From the NCBI GenBank assembly GCA_039024635.1, contig JBCCQA010000005.1, positions 103,729 through 167,728 on the forward strand: a stretch of DNA of 64,000 nucleotides, read 5' to 3'. Positions within the stretch are counted from its first letter, which is position 1. Every line of letters begins with the position of its first letter. This stretch comes from Myxococcota bacterium (GTDB lineage: Bacteria > Myxococcota > Kuafuiibacteriia > Kuafuiibacteriales > Kuafuiibacteriaceae). This document shows, in pieces, positions 38,801 through 48,122 of this stretch. The notes under the pieces were generated by a model. That model did no database searches, had not been told where the DNA came from, and saw only the letters and a list, made by a program, of their open reading frames with translations. Both the position numbers and the translations under genes were made by a program.

Positions 38801-39160
38801 CGCGCCGACATATGGATTTGCGACGGGGGGGGACGTAGCCGCCAGAACTGTCATCAGCCCACCGAACGTCACGACGGCGAGATCCACGACCTGAGCTTCA
38901 GCCCTGACGGGCGCCTCTTGGCCACGGCCGGCGCTGACCGAGAGATCCGTCTTTGGGACACCCAGAGTCTGGAGTACGCCGTCCTTCTGGGGCATTCGCT
39001 TCCCGTCTTCGATCTCGCCTTCACCCCCGATTCTCTGGCCCTCGTCTCGGGCAGCGCCGACGCCGACGTTCGTTTGTGGCCACTGGTCGCCGTCCCGCGC
39101 CGGCACCAGCTCTTCGAGTGGCTCCAGGCTCGAACCAGCTTCGACGTCGCGCCCCCATGA
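35813..39160 (+). CDS. Ser/Thr protein kinase fused to a TM helix and WD40 beta-propeller repeats
   Basis: Kinase motifs HRDLKPGNVMV, DWG (DFG variant) and PPE/APE region. A TM helix follows (LAVAVGAVGLALLAGTGVL). Then come more than 14 WD40-like units (GH...WD patterns, for example SGSWDGSMRVW, SSSDDRTVRLW). Total 1115 aa. Confidence 0.85.
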   Translation: MSGPPESKGGGPAKDEPTGSGLPETVRRRRRDLSRMSLSSIGEATGDHDSLPEVPSTLYDLGREFARGGLGRILRAKDLRLRRDVAIKELLSKHPKAEQRFIREAFITARLQHPNIVPIHEAGHWPSGKRFYAMKLVEGRTLAEALDSALSRKGREGLLRNIIAVADAVAYAHQNGILHRDLKPGNVMVGAFGETVLIDWGLAKDMWHEGPEATVSEDIPWSGAEETSDGMVVGTPPYMPPEQASAKPVDERADVYALGAMLYHVLAGRRPYQDVASKDVLLAVVSGPPKPLGDLAPDCPRELVAIVEKAMARRPEDRYPSAQEMAAELRDYVDGRLVSSYSYNFMDYLRRAWERHRLAVAVGAVGLALLAGTGVLSYLQIRQEKEAVARKNAALEVEIEENKLGKARYLLDRDPTATLAQLKTLSEPRPGAVSLGFRAAQLGVARHVVEGERRVDTVAVSADGAFAAAGDRNGRVRLLDTETGQIREIEAHTDRITRLRFSTDGRRLLSASYDDTLRVLNLRDDRVLVLRGHEGDATDLVETENGGFASVGVDGLRRWSPEGEPRSHHVFERINRGLSLALGNRSLLTGGHGREVWLWPQSEGAPRPLLCDPGEVSSFVVSPDGRRMACGGSEGMLRVFELPSGRLELERSFESEVSSLSFRGTEAVVTGHFDGRVRLIDLRGGADLELPSHEERVTTAGFGAGQVATAGWDGRIWVSPAGDGREAHELRGHADVVTTLAFDRAGRWLVSGSWDGSMRVWPMQPQPSQVLRAHSVGVHAVDVSPLGEFVASGGHDDLVRLWRRSDGQLLRTWRGHQDHVYRVLFSPDGRWVASSSDDRTVRLWSVEGEASRVLEGHQADVEELAFSPDGRWLASAGEDHRVWLWDLEGTGRPLNGHTDFVTDVGFGPNSRRLFSTGRDGRLLEWTIDGEGARQLLDVGRPLWDLEVRELDVLAVGADALHLWSLDGDGALSLSELPGVRRVAVSKDLNMVALASLRADIWICDGGGRSRQNCHQPTERHDGEIHDLSFSPDGRLLATAGADREIRLWDTQSLEYAVLLGHSLPVFDLAFTPDSLALVSGSADADVRLWPLVAVPRRHQLFEWLQARTSFDVAPP

Positions 39161-41268
39161 AGCTGGTGACCCAGAAGGAAGCGCGCGCCCTTTTTGGTGG
39201 GGGCGGGCGCATGTTGGACCTCCTGGTGGAGCGACTGGCGGAGCGACGAGCGGTCGCTTCGCCGCTCGCGCTCAACCGAGGCTTGAAGCCCGGGGCCGAG
39301 CTTCAGCGCTGGCTCGAGCTCCACGGTCTCTTCGAGCTCGAAATCGCGGATCCGGCCGAGGCCGAGCTCAGAGCCCCCACTGCGAGGACCATGGTCGACC
39401 TCCTCGATCCCTCCGATCCCGGCTGGGTGGCCGAGGTTGTCGGGCTCTTCACGGCGAGCACGGTCGTCATGCAGCAGGAGGCGATGTCCTTCCTCGCCTC
39501 CTGGGTCGGCACCAAGGATGGGAACTCCCGGGTTTTCTACTTTCATCCTGGGGATTGGGGGGTCTGGCCGACCGACGGCGCCATCGTGGCTCGTCTCTTC
39601 CGCGTCGTTCAGGAAGAGGATCGTCCTGAGTTCGCCCAGCTTCGTTTCGAAGGCCAAGAGGAGGCTCGCCTCACCTCGGGTCTCAAGCTCTACGAATCGA
39701 TCACCGACGGCCAGCGCTTGCCGGACAAGTCCGACCCTGGGCGACTCTTCGCGCGAGTGGAGTGGCTGGTTCAGGCCCTGACCGGTTTGGGCCAGGCTCC
39801 GGCCGAGGCGTTGACCCGAGCCGCGCCCGTGGCTCGATTCTTGGAAGAGTCGGATTTGATTCCTCGTCTTCCTCATGTGGCGCTCTACTGGCTGTGGAGC
39901 CACTTCCTCCTCGGCAACGCCCACGAGCTCGAAGTCACTCTCTCTTTGACCGAAGGCGTCGAGGACGCCTTCGTGGTCGAGGCTCGGTCCTGGATGCGGG
40001 CCTGGCTCTCGGGCCGGCCTCAGTCTCTCGGGCCGCTGGAGGCCGAGCACTTCGAGCGCGTGCGGCGGGACATCTCCGAAGAGGCGCCGGTCGAGCTCTT
40101 CGGGGCCGATCGACGCCGAACGGTGCTCACTCACCGGGAGCGGGCCTTGAGCCAGCGAGAGGAGGAGGCTTTGGTTCGAGCGCCGCTGGAAGAGGCGGCG
40201 GCCCGAGAACCCGAAGTGGGCCGCGCGCTCCAGCTCATGGACCACCTGAGCCGCGGCGGCGCGGTCCCACCCCGGCCCTTCGAAGGCATGGGAGCCCAAG
40301 AAGCCATGGAGGCCATGGCTGCCGCTGTCGACGTTCGCTTCGCGGGGCTTTTGGAGCTTCGGCTGGCTCGGGCCAGCCTTCACAGTGACGGTCACGAAGA
40401 GGCGGGCTGGGGGCTTCTCTTGGCCCTGGCCAGTGTGGCCCCAGATCTGGACGGCTTCGAGGCGGCTCTTCGTCGCTGCGGCACCGAGCGCTTTGGCCCT
40501 CGGCGGCGGGCCGAGCTCTATCGTGCTTACGCCCGCTTTCCCGACGCTCGCGCGACCGAGGTCCTGACCGAAGCGGCGGAGCGATGGTTGATGCAGGTCG
40601 ATGACTGGATCCGGAGCGAGCCTTCGGAAGCGGTCCAGATGCTGCTGCAGCGAGACGCACTTCAGACCCATCGCTTCATTGCGCGGCTGCTGGAGCGAGC
40701 TTCCTTCACATTTGCCAACGTCGACGTTTGCGTGGAGGCGGCGCGTACGGCGGGACGACTGAGGAGTCAGCGGTCCATCGCCGGGCTGGAGCGCGCCGTA
40801 CGGGAGCGGCTCGGCCGCGTCGCCGATGGCGGGCGGACCGACGTCGCTGTCGCCCTGGCCCAGGTCCAAGGTGAAGCTGGAGCGCCCTTTTTCCGAGAGC
40901 TCGTGGCCGGGCTGCGCGCCCGGTGGGAGTCGTCGGAAGAGGAGGACGAAGCCTGGGAGACCCAGGTCGAGCTGGCCTGCGCCCTGGCGGGGGCGTTGCC
41001 CTGCGCGCCCGGAGACCCGGAGCTCAGCGCCCTTGTTCGCAGCTTGGCCGAGACCGTCGAGGGTCGGCTGGGACGGAAGCGCCCTCCGCCCCCCGAGACG
41101 CTGGAGATGGCGACGTCCCTCGTCCTGGCGGCTCAGGGTGCGCAGGATCCAGCGCTGGCCCGCCGCATGAGCCTTTGGAGCGAGGGCTTTCGGCGCACCC
41201 GCAGCAACGCCAAGGCTGCCGGCCGCCTTGACGCCGCACGTATGAAGCTGGCCGAAGACCTTCTCTGA
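39157..41268 (+). CDS. Hypothetical helical protein translationally coupled to the kinase-WD40 gene
   Basis: Its ATG overlaps the upstream stop (ATGA). 703 aa Leu/Ala/Glu/Arg-rich, no recognisable catalytic motif. Confidence 0.55.
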   Translation: MKLVTQKEARALFGGGGRMLDLLVERLAERRAVASPLALNRGLKPGAELQRWLELHGLFELEIADPAEAELRAPTARTMVDLLDPSDPGWVAEVVGLFTASTVVMQQEAMSFLASWVGTKDGNSRVFYFHPGDWGVWPTDGAIVARLFRVVQEEDRPEFAQLRFEGQEEARLTSGLKLYESITDGQRLPDKSDPGRLFARVEWLVQALTGLGQAPAEALTRAAPVARFLEESDLIPRLPHVALYWLWSHFLLGNAHELEVTLSLTEGVEDAFVVEARSWMRAWLSGRPQSLGPLEAEHFERVRRDISEEAPVELFGADRRRTVLTHRERALSQREEEALVRAPLEEAAAREPEVGRALQLMDHLSRGGAVPPRPFEGMGAQEAMEAMAAAVDVRFAGLLELRLARASLHSDGHEEAGWGLLLALASVAPDLDGFEAALRRCGTERFGPRRRAELYRAYARFPDARATEVLTEAAERWLMQVDDWIRSEPSEAVQMLLQRDALQTHRFIARLLERASFTFANVDVCVEAARTAGRLRSQRSIAGLERAVRERLGRVADGGRTDVAVALAQVQGEAGAPFFRELVAGLRARWESSEEEDEAWETQVELACALAGALPCAPGDPELSALVRSLAETVEGRLGRKRPPPPETLEMATSLVLAAQGAQDPALARRMSLWSEGFRRTRSNAKAAGRLDAARMKLAEDLL

Positions 41269-41287
41269 GGACCCTATTCGCTTCGCC

Positions 41288-42576
41288 TCAGAAGCGAATC
41301 TCGAAGGGTCCAAGGTTGCGCTCGGGCTGGGGCGTCGAGCTGTCGGCCACGACCAGAGCGATCGCAGTCCCGGCCCCGGCTGCGACGACGATGCCCGTCG
41401 TCCACCACACCCAGCTCGGGACCTTCACCTTTTTCTTGTCGGGTCGAAGGACGGGCACGCTCAAGGGGCGGTCAGCCCCCTGCTCAGCCAAGATGTTGGC
41501 TCCTTCGTCCAGAAGACGGACCTGGACTAGGGCCCGCTTCGCCTTGGAAGACAGGCCCTCGATCTCGAAAGAGGCCCGACCCTCGGCCCCTTCGTGGCTT
41601 GCCCGCGAGGACAGAGCCCGATCGGGCTCGGCAATCCCGAGTTCGACCCGCTCGACGAGGCGAGCCGAGTCGGGTCCGAAAGCCACCTCAGCCTGGACTC
41701 GACCGCCCTCGCGTCGAAGGTCGATGCGTCCCACGCTCAGAGGACGGTCCGGTTGAAGACTGGTCCGAAGGGCGTCGAAACGGCTTCGGACGTAGGGGGA
41801 CGGATGCTGGGTCTCGAGCTCAGGAAAGAGGGTCAAGGCCTGTTGGAAACGCCGGCGGGCCAGCGCCTGTCGGCCTTGAAGAAGAGCGAGGCCGGCCTCC
41901 AGCTCGAGGCGGCGGGCCAGCTCGCCGGGCGCCAGGGGCCCGTTGGACCGAAGAGCAGCGGCGTGGGCTTCGGCTGCCCCAAAGCGACCGCCCTCCAGAG
42001 CGCGAACCAAGGCCACCAGCTGCTCTCTCGGCGCCAAGGGCGTAAGCTCCGGCGTGGGCTCTTCGGGCAGGCCGGCCAAGGCGGCGGGCACGTCGGCTCG
42101 GGTCGAGGTCAGGACGTGATGAAGAAGGACTCGCTCCCGAACCATCCTATCACGCCGGTCCCGTTCCGAGGCGCCCGTACTCGGCTCGACGTCTAGAAGG
42201 GGCGCGGGGTCGGGTCCGGGACCCGAGCGCAGGCGGAGCCGGTGACGGATGGTCAGTCGTCGTCGGATCTTGCCTCCGTAGGACAAGTCGACTTGCATGA
42301 CGAAGCGCTCCCTTCCGGGTTGGAGGCTGGCCGGGGCCCCCGGGGCCTGGAGGAAGTAGCGCAGGCCGCCCCGCTCCAGCCTGAGGCCGGGAAGACGACG
42401 AAAGCGGGGGCCGCCTTCCAGGATCTTCAGCTCCACTTCGAAGTTCTCGGGCGAGGCTCGTAGGGGTCGCCGAAAGCGCAGCCGGATCTCTCGGGCCTGG
42501 GCTGGGGCAAAGTCGAGCTCGGGGGCGTAGTCCGTGGGCGCCACGGGAAGCGCGGCCGCGGCGAGGAGCCAGAGCA
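41288..42576 (-). CDS. Secreted/periplasmic protein with signal peptide and C-terminal TM anchor
   Basis: Start refined to MLWLLAAAALPVAP. C-terminal helix SWVWWTTGIVVAAGAGTAIALVV. The upstream part of the long ORF is junk. Confidence 0.45.
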
Positions 42577-42598
42577 TCCCCCGTGCTATAACCCGAGA

Positions 42599-42979
42599 GT
42601 GCGCTGGCTCGCCTGTTGGAGCTGCCTTCTTCTGCTGAATTGTGGAGGAACGGACGCCGTGTTTCGTCCCTTGGAGGTGGACGTGCAGGGACTTCTCCCC
42701 GATGCGGACGCTCTGGTCGTGGGCTGGGTGGAGTCGCCGGACCTGATCTGCGGCGAGCTGGAGCTCGCGACCGTTCGTTCTCTGACGCTCGATGCATCGG
42801 CTCGGTGGGAAGCGGGGGAGGAGGCGCGTCGACTCCGCCTTCCCCAAGCGGAAAGCGGTGAAGGGCTCGTCATCGCCTACAGCGAGCGCGGCGGTGAAGT
42901 CCTGCAGCTCGGCTGCGTGGCGGTTCGCTACGAGGATGCGGAGCGACCCGAGTTGACCCTGGTCCTGTCCACACCCTGA
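42599..42979 (+). CDS. Small lipoprotein
   Basis: Signal peptide ending in LLNCGG lipobox; 126 aa. Confidence 0.4.
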   Translation: MRWLACWSCLLLLNCGGTDAVFRPLEVDVQGLLPDADALVVGWVESPDLICGELELATVRSLTLDASARWEAGEEARRLRLPQAESGEGLVIAYSERGGEVLQLGCVAVRYEDAERPELTLVLSTP

Positions 42980-43029
42980 GCCTTCATTTCCTTCCCGCGG
43001 GGCGGAGCTTCCATGCGAGGCTCCGCACC

Positions 43030-44238
43030 ATGGCCGAGCGCTTCGGACCCTTCGTGCTCGAGCGATTGCTCGGACGGGGCGGCATGGCGGAGGCCTTCGT
43101 GGCTAGCCGCGCAGAGGGCGGCCCAAACGATCCCATCATCCTAAAGCGCATCCGTCCCGAGCACGCGAGCTCGTCGGAGTACGAGCGTCGCTTTGTCCTC
43201 GAAGCCCAGGTCGCATCGCGTGCGGGCCATCCCAACCTGGCCGAGATGCGGGAGTTCGGCCGGGTTGGAGGCTGCCTCTACTTGGCCATGACTCAAGTCC
43301 GAGGCATCGGACTACATCGGCTTCTGGACGAGGTCCACGCCAAGCGACTCCGTCTACCCGAGCCGGTTGCGGTGCACATGGGGCTGGGTCTGCTTCGTGG
43401 CCTGTCGGCGCTTCACAGCCTGAAAGACGAGCAGGGCCGGCCTCGCCCCATGCTCCATCGGGACGTAAATCCCAAGAACGTCATCGTGTCGGTGGAAGGC
43501 GAGGCCGTCCTCATCGACTTCGGGATAAGCAAGGACGTTTATGGGCCCTCCATCACCATCCCTGGGCAGTTCATCGGGACGACCCGCTACATGGCGCCCG
43601 AGCATCGAAACGCCGAGTTCCTGGATCCGAGGGCCGACGTCTTCAGCGTGTCGGTGATCCTCTTCGAGCTCTTTTTTGGCCGCCACCCCTGGCGTCCTTT
43701 GCCGGGGATGCAGGAGCTCCTGCGCACCACCTTCGATCCACCGGAGCTGAGAGAAGATGAGCGCAAGACGGTCCCAGAAGACGTGCTAACCACCGTATTC
43801 AAGGGGCTCGAATGTCTACCCGAGCATCGCTTCGCCGATGCGGCCCGGATGGAACGGGCCTTGGCCTTCACTTCGGCCTCAGATCTCGACGGAGGGGCGA
43901 GCGTCGTTCGGGCCTGGCTCGACGAGTTGGGATGGACCCTGGACGAGGACCTGGGCACGCCGGTTCTCGACGTCCCGACCTCCGACGGCGAAGGCTCAGC
44001 CGAGATCTTCTGGACGAGCGAAGGACTTCTCTCTTCCGAGGTTCCCCGGCCTTCGACCTCGGAGGTGCTGAGCGTTCCGCCGCTGCCGCCCCGGCGGGAC
44101 GAGGGTCTCGACGGGGGGGAGACGGTCGAGCTCGATGCTTTCGTGGCGCGAACCCGCCGGGCTTCGTCCCTTCGAACCGTGGCCGTGGCCCTTGGGCTGG
44201 GCGTGGTGGCGGTTCTGTTCATTCTAGGCCTGCGCTGA
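43030..44238 (+). CDS. Membrane-anchored Ser/Thr protein kinase
   Basis: GRGGMAE glycine loop, ILKRI lysine, HRDVNPKNVIV, DFG, YMAPEH. C-terminal TM helix AVALGLGVVAVLFILGL. Confidence 0.85.
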   Translation: MAERFGPFVLERLLGRGGMAEAFVASRAEGGPNDPIILKRIRPEHASSSEYERRFVLEAQVASRAGHPNLAEMREFGRVGGCLYLAMTQVRGIGLHRLLDEVHAKRLRLPEPVAVHMGLGLLRGLSALHSLKDEQGRPRPMLHRDVNPKNVIVSVEGEAVLIDFGISKDVYGPSITIPGQFIGTTRYMAPEHRNAEFLDPRADVFSVSVILFELFFGRHPWRPLPGMQELLRTTFDPPELREDERKTVPEDVLTTVFKGLECLPEHRFADAARMERALAFTSASDLDGGASVVRAWLDELGWTLDEDLGTPVLDVPTSDGEGSAEIFWTSEGLLSSEVPRPSTSEVLSVPPLPPRRDEGLDGGETVELDAFVARTRRASSLRTVAVALGLGVVAVLFILGLR

Positions 44239-44289
44239 GCTGGTTTCCCCGGCTTCGTTCGGCACCCGTCCATCGGCTAGCCTCGTCTC

Positions 44290-46206
44290 GTGGCCCGGCC
44301 TTTCAGCGTCGACATCCCGGGCCTCCTCGCCGCCCTGACCCAGCAGTTCCCCGAGCCTCTCTTGTGCATTCGCGAGCTCGTCCAGAATGCAGCGGATGCC
44401 GGGGCCCGACGCATCGACGTCGAGCTCGCTTTCGACCCCAGGCGAGCCATGCTCCGGCTGTCGGTTGGCGACGACGGTCGAGGCATGGGGGCTGCCGAGG
44501 TCGAAACCTACCTGACCATCGGCTCTTCCAAGAAAGATCCCACCCGAGACCGGGGGCGCTTCGGTATCGGAAAGCTCTCGCCCTATGCCCTGGGTATCGA
44601 GCGCATGGTGGTGAAGACCACCACCCCCGAGGAATCCCACCGTCTCACTTTCGGGCCCGAGGGCTCGGGCAAGGTCGAGCCGAGCGCCGGCGGCAATCCG
44701 GGGACGGAGGTCCGAATCTACAAGCGACTCGACCGAGACGAAGCCGAGACCTGGGTGACACGGGTTCGCGCGCTGCTCGAGGAGCACTGCGGTCAGCTCC
44801 CGCTGGATCTGCGCTTCAACGGGCAACCCATTCGGGGCCCCGAAAGAGTCGGCGGTCGCTACATGGTGGCCTTCGACTCGGGCGGCGTACAGGGGCGGCT
44901 AGGCCTGTCCGCCCAGCCGGTTTTTCGACTCTCCTCAGGCGGGCTCCTCTTGGAGTCCGGGACCGCGCTCTTCGGACCCGAAGTGTCTTACGCTCTGGAC
45001 TCCCAGGTCTTGGCGCCGACCCTGAGCCGGAACGCGGCGCGGCGGGATCAAGCATTCGAGGGGGTGGTCCGCGAGGCCCGTCGACACTTGGGCCGGCTGG
45101 CTACCGAGACCGCCCGCGAGCTTCGCACCCGGGTCGAGCTCTTGGAGACGCTTGGTGCCGTGGAGCGCGGGCTGGACGAAGATGATCGGACCGCCCTGGA
45201 GTGGCTGCGACGTCGCCTGATGGATCGAGACGGCGACGTGTCATTGGTCGAGGAGGCGCCGGTGCTCGAAACGGCGGACGGCGGGCTCGTGTCCTGGCGC
45301 CAGGTCCGGATGGTGTCGGTCCGAGGAGAGCGGCTCCCCGTGAGCCGGGTGCCCCGCAGCGCCACCGAAGTCGACGCCTACAGTCAGCGAGATCTGCCGG
45401 TGCTGCTCCTCTACCGGGACGTCGAGGACTTTCTGGACCAGAGCGGGATCTCGACCCAGGAAGTCGACGCCTCCGAAGGCGGGAAGCCGGTCGAGGCCGA
45501 CGCCTGGACCGTGGCCGAAGCGGCGCTGCTTAGGCCCATCCAGCTTCGACGGAAGCGCAGGTCTTCGGTGCTTTGGCCTTGGGTGGCCGGCGGCAGTGCT
45601 CTGGCCGGGGCCGCCCTCATCTTGGTGCGCAGCGGGGGCCTCGGCATCCCGGCCATCGAAGCCATGACCCAAGGCCTGGTGCCCGTCAGCGGGCCCTATC
45701 GCGGGCTCGCTTGGTTGATGCTGGCCCTGTCGGTCGGTCTGGGGCTGGCCAGCCTGGCGCGGCTGGTCGCGCCGGACCGCATACGGATCCTCAAGCGGGT
45801 CTTGGCCCATCCCCGGGACTTTTGGGTGGCCCGATGGAGTGCCTTTCGGTCCACTGGGGCGGCGCCCACTCCAGGCTTTGTCGAAGCCCGGGACGCCGAG
45901 CCGGTGGCGGTTGGGCGCCGCGTAGATCTAGACGAGCATCCGCTGGGCTTGATCGAGCTAGGGGACGGAGAGCAGGAGCGGCTCTTGGTTCTGCGGGCGG
46001 ACATCATCCTCCTCAACCGTCGCCACTCCTTGGTTCGACGCTTGGTCGACCGGGCCCAGCGGCAGCCCATCCAGGCCAGGATGCTCCTCGAGAACCTCAT
46101 CGTCGCAGACCCGGCCTTCGCCCGGGGCGCGGACCCACGAAGGCTGGAGTGGGACCTCTTGGTTCGTCACCAGGCCTGGCTTCGAAGGCTAGGGGAAGAG
46201 GCGTGA
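44290..46206 (+). CDS. GHKL (Bergerat-fold, Hsp90/MORC/sacsin-like) ATPase domain protein with two internal TM helices
   Basis: Motif I ELVQNAADAGA, motif II VGDDGRGMG, motif III GRFGIGKLS in the first 100 residues. TM helices around residues 420-480 (VLWPWVAGGSALAGAALILV; LAWLMLALSVGLGLASL). Confidence 0.65.
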   Translation: MARPFSVDIPGLLAALTQQFPEPLLCIRELVQNAADAGARRIDVELAFDPRRAMLRLSVGDDGRGMGAAEVETYLTIGSSKKDPTRDRGRFGIGKLSPYALGIERMVVKTTTPEESHRLTFGPEGSGKVEPSAGGNPGTEVRIYKRLDRDEAETWVTRVRALLEEHCGQLPLDLRFNGQPIRGPERVGGRYMVAFDSGGVQGRLGLSAQPVFRLSSGGLLLESGTALFGPEVSYALDSQVLAPTLSRNAARRDQAFEGVVREARRHLGRLATETARELRTRVELLETLGAVERGLDEDDRTALEWLRRRLMDRDGDVSLVEEAPVLETADGGLVSWRQVRMVSVRGERLPVSRVPRSATEVDAYSQRDLPVLLLYRDVEDFLDQSGISTQEVDASEGGKPVEADAWTVAEAALLRPIQLRRKRRSSVLWPWVAGGSALAGAALILVRSGGLGIPAIEAMTQGLVPVSGPYRGLAWLMLALSVGLGLASLARLVAPDRIRILKRVLAHPRDFWVARWSAFRSTGAAPTPGFVEARDAEPVAVGRRVDLDEHPLGLIELGDGEQERLLVLRADIILLNRRHSLVRRLVDRAQRQPIQARMLLENLIVADPAFARGADPRRLEWDLLVRHQAWLRRLGEEA

Positions 46207-47990
46207 GCCGCTTCGACTCCGTTCCCGGCTTCGACGTCCCGACCGGGGGCTTCGAACTCCTTCGGGTGCCTTCTCGGCTGCCGCTGTACAGGGCGGATCC
46301 GGACCGGGTCTTTGAACTCCTCGCGGGCCATCAGTTCGAGGATCCGGTGATGGCTGCCCGTGAGCTCTACGCCAATGCCCTCGACGCTTGCCGAGGCCAT
46401 CGCGAGGGCCGCATCGAGATCGCGGTCGACGCTCGCCGTGTGGTGGTCGAGGACGACGGAGACGGTTTGGACGCCGAGAGTCTGGTTGCATTGACCACCC
46501 TGGGCCGGACCACGCGCAAGACGAAACGGGACCTGGGTCGCTTTGGGATCGGCTTCGCCAGCGTCTTCGACCCCTCCTTGGGTGTGGATCGGGTCGAGGT
46601 CCAGGCCCGACGTAGGGACGGCGAAGCGGGGGTGCATCTCAACTTCCGGGTTCTCGAAGGCGCGGTAGACATCGAGGAACGACCCAGCCCGGCCCCTCCG
46701 CTGGGTGGGACCAGGGTCGAAGTCTACTTCGACGCCCAACGCGCCCCTGCCGATCGTGTTCGACGCTTCACGCGTATGTTCGAGATCCACGCGGCCTACA
46801 GCGGCGTGCCGACCTGGCTGGACGGCCGGACTTTGGGTCGTCCACTGCAAGCCTACATCTCGGATCGGGCTCAGCAGCGAAGTGGCTCCGAGCTGGAGCT
46901 CATCTCGTCTTCGGCCGTTCGCGGCGCGGTGGGCGTGGCCGCCGTCGATCCCACCGCGAGCGAGGTGGAGTTTCGGCTGCACCAAGGGGGCCTGTTCGTC
47001 TGCACGGTTCAGTTGCCCCGGGACGAAGGCAAGCCGTGGATCCGAGGAGGCTTCGGCATCGCCGAAGCCGAAGGCTTGAGCCTGGTTGCCTCCAGGAACG
47101 GCTTCGTCCGCGACGAGGGCTACGAGCGCCTGCTGGCCGAGCTCCGCCGACTACACCAGGAGGCCTCCTACCGCGTCGTCACGAGCTGGGAGCGCAGCCG
47201 CTCGTCCTACGCCCGAGCGGTGCTCATCGATGCGCTCCGGCGGGGGCTCAAGGTCGGCAACCGGGAGCTGCTCCTCGCTGCCTGTGACGACCTCTTTTCG
47301 GGCGCGGTCGTTCGGGCTCCGCTCTTCAAGGCTTGGGGCGAGGCCAAGGGCCACAGCTTCGAAGAGCTGGCCGAACGCTCCCGCAAGGGCGTCTTCAAGG
47401 CCCAGTCCTTCCGCCCCCGCCGGGGCCTTCGGGAGGAGACGATCTTTAGGGCCGACAGTCCTTCCGAGCGGGACATCTTCCGACGCCTCGATGGGCGTCC
47501 GGACATGCCCTCGGCCGCGCGCTCCGAAGACGTGGCTCGGCCGACGCTGTGGACCCGTATCCAGGAGCGTTTCCTGACTGGGCCGGCGGCCGAGTACTCA
47601 CTCTTCGACAGGACGGTGCCGGACCGCACCATACCGACCGAGGTCCGGGCCCTGGTCGATGCCGCCGAGCGTTTCATCGCCAGTCCCGGCGTCGTGGACC
47701 GCTTGGAGCGCATGCTGCCCGGGGCCCTTCCTCGCTTCGGATTCGGCGTGAGCGGAAACGCCTTCGGCCCGGTGGCGGCCCACCGGGAGGGCGAGATCCG
47801 GTTCAACGTCCGCCACCGCGTCATCCGCCGCTTGGCCGCCGCCGGCCCCAAAGACGGACTCATCGGCCTTCTCCCGGTGCTGGCCCACGAGCTCGCCCAC
47901 GTCTGCCACGAGCTCCACGACCTGGACTTCTACCGAACCAGCCGGGCCCTCCTCCGCGCCCTCAGCTCAGCCGCGGTCGAAGCCAGCTAA
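46203..47990 (+). CDS. Second GHKL-type ATPase paralog with C-terminal HExxH motif
   Basis: GTG start overlapping the upstream stop (GTGA). Motifs ARELYANALDA, VEDDGDGL, GRFGIGFASVFD. C-terminal LAHELAHVCHELHD. Confidence 0.6.
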   Translation: MSRFDSVPGFDVPTGGFELLRVPSRLPLYRADPDRVFELLAGHQFEDPVMAARELYANALDACRGHREGRIEIAVDARRVVVEDDGDGLDAESLVALTTLGRTTRKTKRDLGRFGIGFASVFDPSLGVDRVEVQARRRDGEAGVHLNFRVLEGAVDIEERPSPAPPLGGTRVEVYFDAQRAPADRVRRFTRMFEIHAAYSGVPTWLDGRTLGRPLQAYISDRAQQRSGSELELISSSAVRGAVGVAAVDPTASEVEFRLHQGGLFVCTVQLPRDEGKPWIRGGFGIAEAEGLSLVASRNGFVRDEGYERLLAELRRLHQEASYRVVTSWERSRSSYARAVLIDALRRGLKVGNRELLLAACDDLFSGAVVRAPLFKAWGEAKGHSFEELAERSRKGVFKAQSFRPRRGLREETIFRADSPSERDIFRRLDGRPDMPSAARSEDVARPTLWTRIQERFLTGPAAEYSLFDRTVPDRTIPTEVRALVDAAERFIASPGVVDRLERMLPGALPRFGFGVSGNAFGPVAAHREGEIRFNVRHRVIRRLAAAGPKDGLIGLLPVLAHELAHVCHELHDLDFYRTSRALLRALSSAAVEAS

Positions 47991-48122
47991 GTCCTTCGGC
48001 TGGCTCGTGGGGGTTCGCTCAGCGATGGCGGGCGCACAGGATCGCTGGACGTGGAGAAACAAGGGGGAGCGCATCCGGCGGTGTGCCGGATGCGCAGGGT
48101 GGCTCGCTTCAGCGAGACCGAA

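Noticed and set aside
38869-41313. 814-aa minus-strand ORF
   Set aside because: It is antisense to the kinase-WD40 gene and the coupled helical protein gene. It is extremely Arg/Gly/Pro/Ser-rich, typical of a spurious high-GC frame.
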